From: a virus
Direction: 5' to 3' (one strand)
Virus record (IMG/VR): IMGVR_UViG_3300042554_001073
Length of the DNA stretch: 64,000 bases
Positions 20,179-29,991 of this stretch are shown here, in pieces (the stretch's first letter is position 1; each line of letters starts with the position of its first letter). Under the pieces are notes generated by a model. That model was given only the letters and a program-made list of their open reading frames with translations, did no database searches and was not told the DNA's origin. The position numbers and the translations under genes were made by a program.

Positions 20179-21515
20179 TTTAGTGATTTTCCTGAAGTGT
20201 GATTTCCAGTTCTACCAAAAGAGTCTCTAACTAAATTTAACTTTGTGTATGTTTCTTTTGGCGAAATGTAATGACATAAATCCGCTATAATATATAGACC
20301 ACCATTTTCTTTACTTACGTTTTTTGTTTCTGGTGCTAGTTCTGGAACATCGAGAAAAATAACATCCCCAGCGTGTAATGAAAAATCTCCAACAATAGTA
20401 ATAGTACACTTAGAAGCAAACAATTGATTATATCTCATACTTGATTGATTTAAAATATTTTTAGAGTCAAAGTTTTGCTTTTTAGATTTTTGAATTTGTT
20501 GTTTAGTGGATCCATCAGGTAAAGACCCCTTATCAACAAGCATATACTGTGTTCTAGAAAATTCTTTGTTTCTACCAGGTATGTCAAATTCTGGGTTTAG
20601 TTTAGGAAGCTCTTTACCAGCAAGTTTTAATTTTTCTTCTTCCTCTTTAGCATTTGGGGTTATAACTTCGTAATAACAATTAAAAGGATCGAAGAGTATT
20701 GTTCTTGTAGAATAGGCACCCATTTTCAGTTTTTCCTGAACATCTACTCTATTATCTTTCGCATAATCTAAAACCTTAGCATCATATCCAGCAGGAATGT
20801 TATCTCCTCCACTATCAGGCGTTTGGTTGAATATAAAGGACTTTTTCTTTTCTTGAGAAAGAAGTCCATCAATAGACTTGAACTTAAATCCCTCAGAAGT
20901 TTCAAAGAAAAAATATCCAGCACTTACACCAAGTTTCTGATTCTCTGCGGAAACCGCTTTCTTCGACAACCAGTTCATCGCATAACACGCTTTCCAGTTG
21001 TTTCCTATAAAATTATATTCTCCAATAGTTTCTTCAACATCAATTTCCTTTTCAGTAGCAAGAAAATTTGAGTTAGTAAAAATATCTCTTATATGGTCTG
21101 AAATTTTTCCAGTAAATTTAGTATTTAATCTAATCTTCTCATTTAAAATAGATTCCTTTGAAGATAAATCCAATTGAACCATAGATTTTGTAGTATCATC
21201 AGACAATGGAGTTACTTTGTTCACATACAAAGTAAGGTTTAAATTCTGTTCATTGTTATCTCTAAACTTAATTGTCACATTTTCTTCGCCAACAATCGGC
21301 AATCCTTCAAGTGCTGTTTTATTATCAACTGAATTACCAGTATCAGCAAATGTGACAGTTGCTTTTATAGTATCATTCAAAATGCTTTCATAATATAATA
21401 AACGAATAGTTCCACCAGAGACATCAACAGTTTTTGTCGTACTTTTATTGGAAGTGATTATTATTCCATCAATAAAAGAAGCTTCTGCACTTTTTGTTGT
21501 GATCTGATTTGCCAT
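20175..21515 (-). CDS. Putative baseplate hub protein (gp27/VgrG-like)
   Basis: YESIL...ATVTFADTG, YFFFETSEGFKFKSIDGL, TITIVGDFSLHAGDVIFL, GLYIIADLCH pattern; location in the baseplate module. Confidence 0.6.
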   Translation of the reverse strand: MANQITTKSAEASFIDGIIITSNKSTTKTVDVSGGTIRLLYYESILNDTIKATVTFADTGNSVDNKTALEGLPIVGEENVTIKFRDNNEQNLNLTLYVNKVTPLSDDTTKSMVQLDLSSKESILNEKIRLNTKFTGKISDHIRDIFTNSNFLATEKEIDVEETIGEYNFIGNNWKACYAMNWLSKKAVSAENQKLGVSAGYFFFETSEGFKFKSIDGLLSQEKKKSFIFNQTPDSGGDNIPAGYDAKVLDYAKDNRVDVQEKLKMGAYSTRTILFDPFNCYYEVITPNAKEEEEKLKLAGKELPKLNPEFDIPGRNKEFSRTQYMLVDKGSLPDGSTKQQIQKSKKQNFDSKNILNQSSMRYNQLFASKCTITIVGDFSLHAGDVIFLDVPELAPETKNVSKENGGLYIIADLCHYISPKETYTKLNLVRDSFGRTGNHTSGKSLK

Positions 21516-21537
21516 TTTTATTACCTCTTACTTCTAT

Positions 21538-24500
21538 TTACCCACCTTGATGTAGTATCTCAAATGGATCACTTCCATCACCAACCGGTATGAATGCAAC
21601 TCTATCCGAAGAAGAATCATAACTAGAATCCATCTCACCCACACCTGGAGTTGGGATATATATTGTTTGTGGAGCAAGATCATAATATGAAGCATACTGC
21701 TGAATTACTTTCATTACACTCCTTTCATCTTTTGCCTCATTGATAGCAAGGAGCATCGGTTTCGCTTTTGTTATACTACTATCATTATCAATAACAATCT
21801 CCATCCCTTCTTCACCAACCATAGCAAGGTGTGGATATGGTAAAGTTTCTCCACCTTCTTGATATGCAACGTGAACATGATTACCATGCCCAGATGGTTC
21901 ATTTTTTCCATGAAGAAGTTGAACAGGTGTAACGCCTTTCATTCTATTAAATTCTGATATTACTTTCAATATTGGACCCTGCTCGTAAGTGTAAGCACCA
22001 ATATCAAGTGCTCTACCTTGATAATGTAGAGAACCAGAGCTATGCCCAGAGCTTAAACTATATGGAGGATGCTCCGGATGACGATGAACCACAGAAAAGT
22101 CTGGTCCCTGTCTTAGTTTCTTTTTAACATATCTTCCTAGTTCACCTGCAATTTTACTTCCAGCAGAACCATACCCTTTACCCAAAGGTTGTTGACCAGA
22201 TGGTCCGGCACCACCCATAACAACAACATCACCAAGCTGGGGAACTTTTGCTGGTCCTGGATTTTTTGCTCCATATGCTTTTGCCGCTGGACCAACAAAC
22301 CATCCAAAAAAGTTATTTGGCGCATTTTCCTTTCTTCTAATATCTCCAGGTCCTGGTTGATTACTACCGCCCATAAAATCAGTTCGCCCACCAATAAATT
22401 TTCTCGCTTCCGCCTGATATTTTGAATTTTTTAAAGCAGCTGCTGTTTTTTGCAAATCTGATTGCGAAATTCCGGTAGCTATTGATGCGGTCTTAAGATC
22501 TTTAATAGAATGCCACTCTGGATTTGGTACTCCAGTTTTACCTCTTTTTGGATACTTCCAAGTTGGTTCATACTGACCTTGCCTCAAAACTATTTCTTTA
22601 ATAGTCTTTCCACCATATATTCCAGAAGCGACCCTGTTGTAAATTGATTGAGCAACATCAGCAGATCCTTGAGGATCAGAATCTTCCATTCTTGCTATTG
22701 CAACAAGAGTCCAAAAATCAGCGTTGCCTCCAGTAACTGTTGCTCCATCAGGACTAATACCTAAACTAGGATCAGAACCTTCAGTATCTTTATATTTTTC
22801 AGAAGTTTCTGGTTTTTCTTTTTTTGCATTTTCACGTATCATTCTCAAAGTTTTTTGAGCGTTACTCTCAATCTCTCCTTGAAAAGTTTTCGCAACCCAG
22901 TTACTAATATCACCACCAGTTTCTGCCGCAGACAAAACATCAGGATCTACAAGACCACCCTCAGCGAATGCAGCAACAACTCCGCCCTTTAATTGCTTAT
23001 CCTGTATTCCTTTAGTAATCAACATATTAATTCCAAGACCAACATTCTCATAATCTCTTTGAGATGGTTTTTGTCCAAGTGTTATTTTGGATGTAATCGA
23101 AAGAATTGGTCCAAAGTAATCAGTTTTTCCTAAATCTTCCCCAGCAGTTTTAACTACACCAAAAGGATTGACAGCATCCACTACTTTTTTTACTGCCTTA
23201 AATGGATTTGGAAATATTCCAAATATCTTATCTTCTCCACCAACATCAGCACCTGGTTTGATTTCAACCTCTCCAGGTTTTCTAGGAACCACTCTCTTAT
23301 ACTTTCCTTTTGTACCCTTGCTTATAGTTCTTCTTGCTCGGGATACTCTCTTTCCACCTCTCGTTATTCCACCACTTCTATATGCATATGGTTTACCTGT
23401 ATTAGGATCTCTATCAAATAAACCCATCTTTTTGAGTCCCGCATCAGCTAAATTATATGCTGCAGTTCCAGCAAGAGAAGAAGCAGCAAATCCAGCAACA
23501 GCAAGACCAATAGCAGCAGGTAACCCAACACCAGTTATTCCAAGTGCGGCGGCAGCACCAAGAGTAGCAGCATAGGCACCCATTCCAGCGACAACACCAG
23601 AAACAGCACTCAAGAGAGTTCTTAATCCATCTTTTCCTCTTCCTTGAGATACTAACATTCCAGAACTTATCAAATCTGGAATCAAGAATACCAATCCTAA
23701 CAATCCACCTCTAGCCTTCACTCCTCTTGGTACTTTGATTTTAGGGCCTGCAGGTTTTCCACCTTGACCAGTAGTAACAGTTGGTCTTTGGCGAAGAGGA
23801 TTTCTTATATCTGGTCTTCCAGCAGCACCACCTCCAGATGTAGTTACTTGTGGTCTTCCTCCTCTTCCAGGTCCAGGTCTTCCACCTCTTTGAGGTCCAG
23901 TCCCTCCACTATCACCACCTTGAGTTGCAAGAACAGTAGCAGCAATGATAGCGGTTTCAACTAATGTTCCAACTGCTCCAGTAAATCCATCAAAGACTTT
24001 AGCAAAATTTTCACCACCAATGCTCTTCATCATACCACGGGTAAAGTCAATCGCTTTATATCCCCAATCAACAAAAGTAACTAAACCATTTAATAGTTTT
24101 CCACCTACATCAATAATGAAGTCTGCAGCAGACCCAAGAAACTTTACGATTGGTTTTATTTTTGGTAGATAATCAACTAACCTTACAGCAAAATATCCAA
24201 GAATAACATTTCCAATAAAGTTCTTTACCCAATCAAGAAATCCCATTCTAGGAATTTTTGGCATCTTGATTGGTCCCTTTTCTGCTTGAGGTTTTGTTTC
24301 TAGTTTTTCTTCTTGCTTTTCTCTTCTCTTTCCACTCTCTTGTCTTTTCTTAGTATCAAGAGATTTTTTTTCTGCGGCAAGAGTTCCTTTTAATATGTTC
24401 TCAATTTTAATAACATTAACTTTAATACCTTCAATATTTTTTATTGATTTTTTAGAAAGAACAATATTAGTAGGACCACCTCCAACCATTTTTTTCTGGA

Positions 24501-24585
24501 GTTCTTCTTTCATAGCAAGTCTTCCACCATAACGTCTATGGAGTTCTGATGGTCTGTTTAGGAGTTTATCTGAGGTGATTGCCAT
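21538..24585 (-). CDS. Tape-measure/gp29-like protein with SleB-like and M15-like peptidoglycan hydrolase domains
   Basis: Coiled-coil and Ala/Gly-rich N-half; LVAIARMED...VAQSIYNRV...GQYEP (cell-wall hydrolase 2/SleB-like); SLHYQGRALDI...HVH (H-x6-D...H Zn-peptidase motif). Confidence 0.65.
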   Translation of the reverse strand: MAITSDKLLNRPSELHRRYGGRLAMKEELQKKMVGGGPTNIVLSKKSIKNIEGIKVNVIKIENILKGTLAAEKKSLDTKKRQESGKRREKQEEKLETKPQAEKGPIKMPKIPRMGFLDWVKNFIGNVILGYFAVRLVDYLPKIKPIVKFLGSAADFIIDVGGKLLNGLVTFVDWGYKAIDFTRGMMKSIGGENFAKVFDGFTGAVGTLVETAIIAATVLATQGGDSGGTGPQRGGRPGPGRGGRPQVTTSGGGAAGRPDIRNPLRQRPTVTTGQGGKPAGPKIKVPRGVKARGGLLGLVFLIPDLISSGMLVSQGRGKDGLRTLLSAVSGVVAGMGAYAATLGAAAALGITGVGLPAAIGLAVAGFAASSLAGTAAYNLADAGLKKMGLFDRDPNTGKPYAYRSGGITRGGKRVSRARRTISKGTKGKYKRVVPRKPGEVEIKPGADVGGEDKIFGIFPNPFKAVKKVVDAVNPFGVVKTAGEDLGKTDYFGPILSITSKITLGQKPSQRDYENVGLGINMLITKGIQDKQLKGGVVAAFAEGGLVDPDVLSAAETGGDISNWVAKTFQGEIESNAQKTLRMIRENAKKEKPETSEKYKDTEGSDPSLGISPDGATVTGGNADFWTLVAIARMEDSDPQGSADVAQSIYNRVASGIYGGKTIKEIVLRQGQYEPTWKYPKRGKTGVPNPEWHSIKDLKTASIATGISQSDLQKTAAALKNSKYQAEARKFIGGRTDFMGGSNQPGPGDIRRKENAPNNFFGWFVGPAAKAYGAKNPGPAKVPQLGDVVVMGGAGPSGQQPLGKGYGSAGSKIAGELGRYVKKKLRQGPDFSVVHRHPEHPPYSLSSGHSSGSLHYQGRALDIGAYTYEQGPILKVISEFNRMKGVTPVQLLHGKNEPSGHGNHVHVAYQEGGETLPYPHLAMVGEEGMEIVIDNDSSITKAKPMLLAINEAKDERSVMKVIQQYASYYDLAPQTIYIPTPGVGEMDSSYDSSSDRVAFIPVGDGSDPFEILHQGG

Positions 24586-24589
24586 CTTC

Positions 24590-27211
24590 TTATATTCTTA
24601 TTCCTAAAATGTTAATCTTTGGTCTAGAATTATTAGAAGCATTGAAGTTTGGAGTTTTTGTTGAAGACCTTTGACCGCCACGATTTTTCTTTGATGATGC
24701 AGATGGCACAGGTGGTCCATAAACTACTTTTGGTTTTGGCGCTGTTGGTGGTTGAACGGGTTTTACTCCAGCATTTTTTGGTCTAGCAAATCTAGATTTG
24801 TATGGACCAGATTGTTTTCTTCTGGGATCATTAGCACCATACATTGAAACTGATGCTGGAGTGGCTTTTGGTTTTCCTGTTTTGGGGTCAATATTTTTAA
24901 CAGAACCAACTTCAATTTCAGATCCAAGAGCTCTTTGATTCATCCAACCAATATCCTGAGCAAATTTTCCAGCCATCGAAGCAATATTATATAATCCTTG
25001 CCCAATATCACCCCTCTTTATAGACTCCATCGATTTTTTAGCATATACACCGACAGGTTCATTAAAATTATATACATCATTAGTAACTATCTTATCTCCT
25101 TTTTGTGTTCCAGACCATCTACCAAAAGTGGAATTAAAGAATTTTCCTCCGCCAAATCCACTAGCACCTCCCAAAGATTTAAGGTCATCAGTATACTGAC
25201 CAGAACCCTGTCCAGAAACTCTATTCCATTCCATAGACATTTTTCCATCAGCACCAACTCTTAAACCATTTGCTGATGCTGTTCTATCAATCATCTCTTG
25301 TCTTGCTTTATCAACAGACTCATTACTTAATATTTTAAGTGGTCTTCCTAATGGACCGAGCATAGCTTTAAGATATGTAAATGATGTCATACCAAAAGCA
25401 TTTCCTGTTGGGATTGGAATCAATCCCTTATTCATCGTGTCTTTTAAAAATCCTTTAGGCAAACTTTGTATCCAAGCATCATATTTACTAATCGCCTCTT
25501 GACTTTTCCTTTCATTATTTTCTGCCATCATCTTATATTTTTTACTTGTTCCCAATTTACTAACAGAGTCAGAAGCATTTCTAGCAACTTCTTTAACAGT
25601 ATTGAAGTTGCTTTGCAAAGAAGTCAAAGCTTGATTTCCAAGATTTGAAAGGTCATTTTGTGCTCCACCACGGGTGAGATATCCATGCATCTCTGCCCCC
25701 TTATTCATAAATCCACTATAAGCACTAGAAGAAGATTTTGATATTGCATTCTGAACTGAAATACCTGCTTGTTTTGCTAGACTACTTGCCCATCTGTGTT
25801 GGGGAGCAAGTCCTTTTAAAATTTCATTAATATAATATTGAGAATTGCTACCAATACCACCCATCAAAGAACTTGGTATGGAATTTTCAGATTTTTCCCC
25901 ATCAAAAGAGTTTCTACTTCTAGGTTCTGATGCTGATGTACCAGAAATATATCCACCGGCAGATGCGTATGCTGTTCCACCAACGATCTTTGGTTTATTA
26001 GTTCCTCCTCCAGCAGCGTTCATCGCTTCCAGAGTATCAACTCCATACTTCTGAACAGCACCTGCAGACATAACAAATTCACCATCAGAAAGCATTGCTG
26101 GAATCTTATCATCCTTTGGTCCACCAGGTCCATTTATAAGACCATTTGATCCACCCATAGCTCCACCAAGAAGCATACCAAGAGGTCCAAAAGATGATCC
26201 AATTCCGGCGCCCTTTAACATTCCTTTAAAGTTAAATCCACCACCACTAAAGGAAGGTAATTTTGGTACTACATATCCACCACCAGATAACTTTTGAGTT
26301 GGTTCCTGACCACCTTTAAGCGTATTGCTTAAAGCCATTGTGCCAGCAATAGTAACTCCAGCTTCTAATCCAGCAGAAAGAACTTTGCCCCTTCTACCTC
26401 CCAGAAAACTAGCAACTCTACCTGCCCTTCCAATACCCGCTCTAGCTGCCAAACCAGCAACAGCAGCACCAAGTCTAACGGTGCTTTTTATAACAAGAGA
26501 TATTAATCCCCTAGCAAACTTACCAAATGATGTACCAAATACAATATAGAGAGATAGAAGAGTTGGTCCCCAGTCACTAAAGAAACGTATGATTGATTTT
26601 AACTTAGTTTGATTTTTCTTATCTCCCATCCATTCTACAATTTTATATACTATCCTTCCTAGAATGACAGTTCCTATAAAATCAAATATTCTATCAAGAA
26701 GACTTTTAACAGGTGCTATAACTTTTTCTGCAGTTTTAGCAATCCCTTTAAATACTTTTTCTAACTTACTTTCAGCAAGTCCTCTTTTCTCTTGCTCTGC
26801 TCTTTTTCTTTCATAAGCAGCAGTATCATCAGCAAGTTTTTTTCTTCCTGCAAATATCTCCGCAATAGAATTTACAGATTTTGCAATCGCAGAAATATTA
26901 TCTTCTACTTTTGAAGTAGAACTTCCAGGCAATTTTGCCCCAATATTTTCACCGCTTATTCTTTTGCTCTGAGATTGTGAAAGATTTTTAAGAATAGATA
27001 TCTTTCTAGAGTTGTTATTGACGGATTTTTCTAAGTCAATAAAGCGGACTGCAAGTTTTCTTGTATGTCCAGCAAGAGAACTCAAAGTTTTATGTATATT
27101 CGCAATGCTTTTTGATGAATCAAAAGAGCTTCCTCTCTTAAAACTTTCAGCAGAGATGACAGTCTTCTTAAGTTGTTTATCTAAATCTGTTACGTCTTTA
27201 GAAGTGGGCAT
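24590..27211 (-). CDS. Tape-measure/hub-like protein
   Basis: Coiled-coil N-terminus similar in layout to 21538..24585; GPGGPKDDKIPAMLSDGEFVM motif typical of tape-measure C-terminal regions. Confidence 0.6.
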   Translation of the reverse strand: MPTSKDVTDLDKQLKKTVISAESFKRGSSFDSSKSIANIHKTLSSLAGHTRKLAVRFIDLEKSVNNNSRKISILKNLSQSQSKRISGENIGAKLPGSSTSKVEDNISAIAKSVNSIAEIFAGRKKLADDTAAYERKRAEQEKRGLAESKLEKVFKGIAKTAEKVIAPVKSLLDRIFDFIGTVILGRIVYKIVEWMGDKKNQTKLKSIIRFFSDWGPTLLSLYIVFGTSFGKFARGLISLVIKSTVRLGAAVAGLAARAGIGRAGRVASFLGGRRGKVLSAGLEAGVTIAGTMALSNTLKGGQEPTQKLSGGGYVVPKLPSFSGGGFNFKGMLKGAGIGSSFGPLGMLLGGAMGGSNGLINGPGGPKDDKIPAMLSDGEFVMSAGAVQKYGVDTLEAMNAAGGGTNKPKIVGGTAYASAGGYISGTSASEPRSRNSFDGEKSENSIPSSLMGGIGSNSQYYINEILKGLAPQHRWASSLAKQAGISVQNAISKSSSSAYSGFMNKGAEMHGYLTRGGAQNDLSNLGNQALTSLQSNFNTVKEVARNASDSVSKLGTSKKYKMMAENNERKSQEAISKYDAWIQSLPKGFLKDTMNKGLIPIPTGNAFGMTSFTYLKAMLGPLGRPLKILSNESVDKARQEMIDRTASANGLRVGADGKMSMEWNRVSGQGSGQYTDDLKSLGGASGFGGGKFFNSTFGRWSGTQKGDKIVTNDVYNFNEPVGVYAKKSMESIKRGDIGQGLYNIASMAGKFAQDIGWMNQRALGSEIEVGSVKNIDPKTGKPKATPASVSMYGANDPRRKQSGPYKSRFARPKNAGVKPVQPPTAPKPKVVYGPPVPSASSKKNRGGQRSSTKTPNFNASNNSRPKINILGIRI

Positions 27212-27386
27212 TACTCATCTGCTGCTGTTGTTTTAATTTCTCTTCTTCAAGATGCTGTTGTAATAATCCAACATAAATGTCCCTTTCCCAAGGTATCCAA
27301 TTTTCAATCTCTGTTAATGAATATTTATGGTACTGCATTAATGAGAAATTTAAACGAAAATAATTCTCAAGGTCCATATGGACCAT
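27198..27386 (-). CDS. gp51: gp51-like baseplate hub assembly protein (short; may be made as a frameshift fusion to gp26)
   Basis: NFSLMQYHKYSLTEIENWIPWERDIY motif; lies in the -1 frame of gp26. Confidence 0.8.
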   Translation of the reverse strand: MVHMDLENYFRLNFSLMQYHKYSLTEIENWIPWERDIYVGLLQQHLEEEKLKQQQQMSNAHF

Positions 27387-27401
27387 TGCTACGCGAAAAA
27401 A
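27368..27401 (-). other. Candidate -1 ribosomal frameshift signal (gp26 to gp51)
   Basis: T_TTT_TTC at 27401-27395, then 6 nt, then hairpin CAA(T)GGTCC-ATAT-GGACCTTG; the -1 frame is open into gp51. Confidence 0.6.
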
Positions 27402-28108
27402 GACGCTAACCCTTCTAGAACCACTTCACTTTCAACTTTAGTTTTGGGGTTAGTAACCTTAATGATGTGCGAAAGTTTTGGCATTGTATCAAAGAACTTT
27501 TCAATGTCTTTGAATTGGGAAGAATTCATAGACTCCAGGAAGTCAGAAAGCTCCTTCTTTGTAACATCAGACGTTGACCAAACTTCATCTTCTGTATAAA
27601 TTTTATCAATACAAGATCCAATCAAATCAAATGACTGATCCATCGCATTCTTATTATCAAAATCAAAATTGCTCTTGATGAACTGGTCCAATGATGGATA
27701 CTTCATTTCCATCATGATATTTTGATCAACCTTAATTCTATTAGAGTGTTCTTCGTTCTTTTGAACTTGAATATCATCCAGATTAATTTTTACAGCAACC
27801 TGAGTTTCTTCATCATCTGGACAAATAACATTTACCTCAAGTTCTTCCCCAACAGACTTACCACGGATATTGAGGAACAAATATTCAATATCAAAAGTTG
27901 GCAGAGATTCTACTTTTATATTTTTTGTAATGATACAGTTTTTAATAACTGTTTTGATAGCGGTTGTAATTTGCTTTGTATCTTCACTCTCCAAAGCGAT
28001 TACAAGAAGTTTTTCTTCTTTAACTAGAAAAGGTCTATATTGAATTGTCTCTCCTGTTGATGGCAATTCAAGTTCATAAGTTGGTGTAGAAATCTTTGGT
28101 AAAGGCAT
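27389..28108 (-). CDS. gp26: Baseplate hub assembly protein gp26
   Basis: MPLPKISTPTYELELPSTG..IQYRPFLVKEEKLL...TFDIEYLFLNIRGKSVGE. Confidence 0.88.
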   Translation of the reverse strand: MPLPKISTPTYELELPSTGETIQYRPFLVKEEKLLVIALESEDTKQITTAIKTVIKNCIITKNIKVESLPTFDIEYLFLNIRGKSVGEELEVNVICPDDEETQVAVKINLDDIQVQKNEEHSNRIKVDQNIMMEMKYPSLDQFIKSNFDFDNKNAMDQSFDLIGSCIDKIYTEDEVWSTSDVTKKELSDFLESMNSSQFKDIEKFFDTMPKLSHIIKVTNPKTKVESEVVLEGLASFFA

Positions 28109-28137
28109 AATGTCCTATAAAATTTTTCAGGTGTGAT

Positions 28138-28144
28138 TATTTAT
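28138..28144 (-). promoter_or_regulatory. T4-type late promoter for the gp26 operon
   Basis: ATAAATA 29 nt upstream of the gp26 ATG. Confidence 0.6.
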
Positions 28145-28179
28145 GGTGGATGGACAGATGGAGAGGTGTCCACTAGACC

Positions 28180-28208
28180 ATGACATGAGCGAAAATCTGT
28201 CGTATAAT
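28180..28208 (+). promoter_or_regulatory. Sigma70-type promoter
   Basis: ATGACA-17 nt-TATAAT followed by a GAGGT RBS. Confidence 0.65.
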
Positions 28209-28230
28209 AAAGAGGTAAGAAAACAAATCA

Positions 28231-28467
28231 ATGCGTCGGTTATTTTTCAGTCTGGTCTTTCTTTATGGTGCTGGTCTTTCCATCTACTTTGGAGGATGGG
28301 GAATCAGAGATATGGAAGCACTGGAGAAAGCAGTAGCAGTAGGTGCTAGACACGAAGAAATTAGGCATCGTATGAACGTTGCTGCAGAAGGTAACTGGTT
28401 CCTACTAGCAAATCTAATTGCTGTTACAGGTGCTCTTGGAACCATCGGGACCAAAAAAGATGATTAA
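28231..28467 (+). CDS. Small membrane protein with two hydrophobic segments
   Basis: Segments LFFSLVFLYGAGLSIYFGGW and WFLLANLIAVTGALGTIG; has its own promoter and RBS. Confidence 0.7.
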   Translation: MRRLFFSLVFLYGAGLSIYFGGWGIRDMEALEKAVAVGARHEEIRHRMNVAAEGNWFLLANLIAVTGALGTIGTKKDD

Positions 28468-28597
28468 TATACTAAAAAAACTATTCTTTGCCTACTGCAT
28501 AATAGTCTGTTCAGTTTTTGGTATTGGTTATATATTTACAGGTCTAGCAACTCTAGGTCTCATTCCCCCACCACCAACTGACTGGAAAGATAATTGA
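28460..28597 (+). CDS. Small membrane protein (45 aa)
   Basis: Hand-translated MINILKKLFFAYCIIVCSVFGIGYIFTGLATLGLIPPPPTDWKDN; overlaps the upstream stop and ends at a terminator. Confidence 0.6.
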   Translation: MINILKKLFFAYCIIVCSVFGIGYIFTGLATLGLIPPPPTDWKDN

Positions 28598-28620
28598 GGG
28601 TCATTAAGACCCTCTTTTTT
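28596..28620 (+). terminator. Intrinsic terminator
   Basis: GAGGGTC-ATTAA-GACCCTC-TTTTTT. Confidence 0.8.
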
Positions 28621-29515
28621 ATGCTAAGAGGTTTGCTCCTAATGTTCCCTCAGCACCTCTACCTAATTGGTCTCTAACACCAAATTGGTCCAATGTAGGA
28701 TTTCCAATATTGAGAAAGTCGTTATTGACTCCAGTTCTAGGTGTTCCTTGTGGTCCTTCAACTCCAAATTGTGGATTTAAGAAATAACTCGGAGCACTAT
28801 TAAAAGAAGCTTGCTCAATAGGAGTTATATTTTGAGTTCCACTTTCCTGTCGTTGAGGAGGATCTTGTACTTTATTAAGAATATATCGAATATATGTCAT
28901 AGAAACCATACACTTCAATAATGAAGATGATTCATAAGAAACTGGCATTGAAGAAACACTAATTGGATAAGTTTTTATGAAATCATATTGTAAAGTACTA
29001 GCAAGATTTCCTTTTGCTCCAAGTGTGCTTTTTTCAAATTTAATTACAGATAACTTATTTGCTCTATAGTCATCCACATATTGGAATCTATAAAAATAAT
29101 TTTCATCTCTTGAAGTAATATTTCCCTTTTCCTGTTGTGGTGTATCAGATGCTTCTTGTGCTATGTATTTAATCCATGTTTCAAACACTCTTATAGGAAG
29201 ATAATTTTCCGCATCAACATAGAAAGTTAAATCAATTCTATCATCATATACTCTTCGATATGCGTGCCTTTCCGTTACTCCTGTATAGTCATTTGTCAAC
29301 TCCAATGTTGCTAGATTGGATCCAGGTAAAGATGCTTCAGAACATAATAAGTTTAGTTTATCAAAATTAACAGAATTAATTTGAATACCATTTTGATTTA
29401 AATATCCACCACTTGTCAATTTTTGTGGAAGAGAAAGTTCTATCTCAAAGTGAGAAGTAGTTGCTGGATGTAGCAACGCAGATTTAATTTGTGAAACGCT
29501 CCTTGAGGTAGGCAT
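28619..29515 (-). CDS. Tail-tube-fold protein (gp54-like baseplate-tube initiator)
   Basis: LLCSEASLPG..LAT...YRRVYDD.IDLTFYVD...TYPISVSSMPVSY is a gp19/gp54 tube-fold pattern. Confidence 0.65.
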   Translation of the reverse strand: MPTSRSVSQIKSALLHPATTSHFEIELSLPQKLTSGGYLNQNGIQINSVNFDKLNLLCSEASLPGSNLATLELTNDYTGVTERHAYRRVYDDRIDLTFYVDAENYLPIRVFETWIKYIAQEASDTPQQEKGNITSRDENYFYRFQYVDDYRANKLSVIKFEKSTLGAKGNLASTLQYDFIKTYPISVSSMPVSYESSSLLKCMVSMTYIRYILNKVQDPPQRQESGTQNITPIEQASFNSAPSYFLNPQFGVEGPQGTPRTGVNNDFLNIGNPTLDQFGVRDQLGRGAEGTLGANLLA

Positions 29516-29516
29516 C

Positions 29517-29524
29517 TATAAATA
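29517..29524 (+). promoter_or_regulatory. T4-type late promoter
   Basis: Exact TATAAATA upstream of gp4. Confidence 0.7.
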
Positions 29525-29547
29525 CTTTTTGACCTTATATATTATGT

Positions 29548-29991
29548 ATGGCAGAAAGTATCAAAAGCAAATACAAACCATCTTTCCCACAAAAATATAA
29601 AGGAGATCCCAATAATATTATTTGTCGTAGTAGTTGGGAAAGAATTTTTTGTAGGTACTGTGACTTAAATGAAAGTATACTTGAATGGGGAAGTGAAGAA
29701 TTTTATATACCATATATCTCTCCTGTAGATAAAAGAGTTCATAAGTACTATCCAGACTTTATTATAAAGGTGAAAGAGAGCACTGGTAAGATAAAAACAT
29801 ATGTTATCGAAGTTAAACCAGAAAAACAAACAAGACCTCCTATAAAAAAATCAAGAGCAACAAAATCCTATATTCACGAATGCGTGACTTATGAAGTAAA
29901 TCAAGCAAAGTGGAAAGCAGCAAAAGAATTCTGTGCTGATAGACTGATAGAGTTTAAAGTTATTACAGAAAACGAACTAGGTATCAAGTAA
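29548..29991 (+). CDS. gp4: Head completion protein gp4
   Basis: KYKGDPNNIICRSSWE...WGSEE..IPY.SP.D...H.YYPDF...EVKP...NQAKWKAA. Confidence 0.9.
   Translation: MAESIKSKYKPSFPQKYKGDPNNIICRSSWERIFCRYCDLNESILEWGSEEFYIPYISPVDKRVHKYYPDFIIKVKESTGKIKTYVIEVKPEKQTRPPIKKSRATKSYIHECVTYEVNQAKWKAAKEFCADRLIEFKVITENELGIK

Noticed and set aside
29548-29991. TnsA-like motif as a transposon gene
   Set aside because: This is gp4, which has that fold; no transposase, terminal repeats or target duplication.
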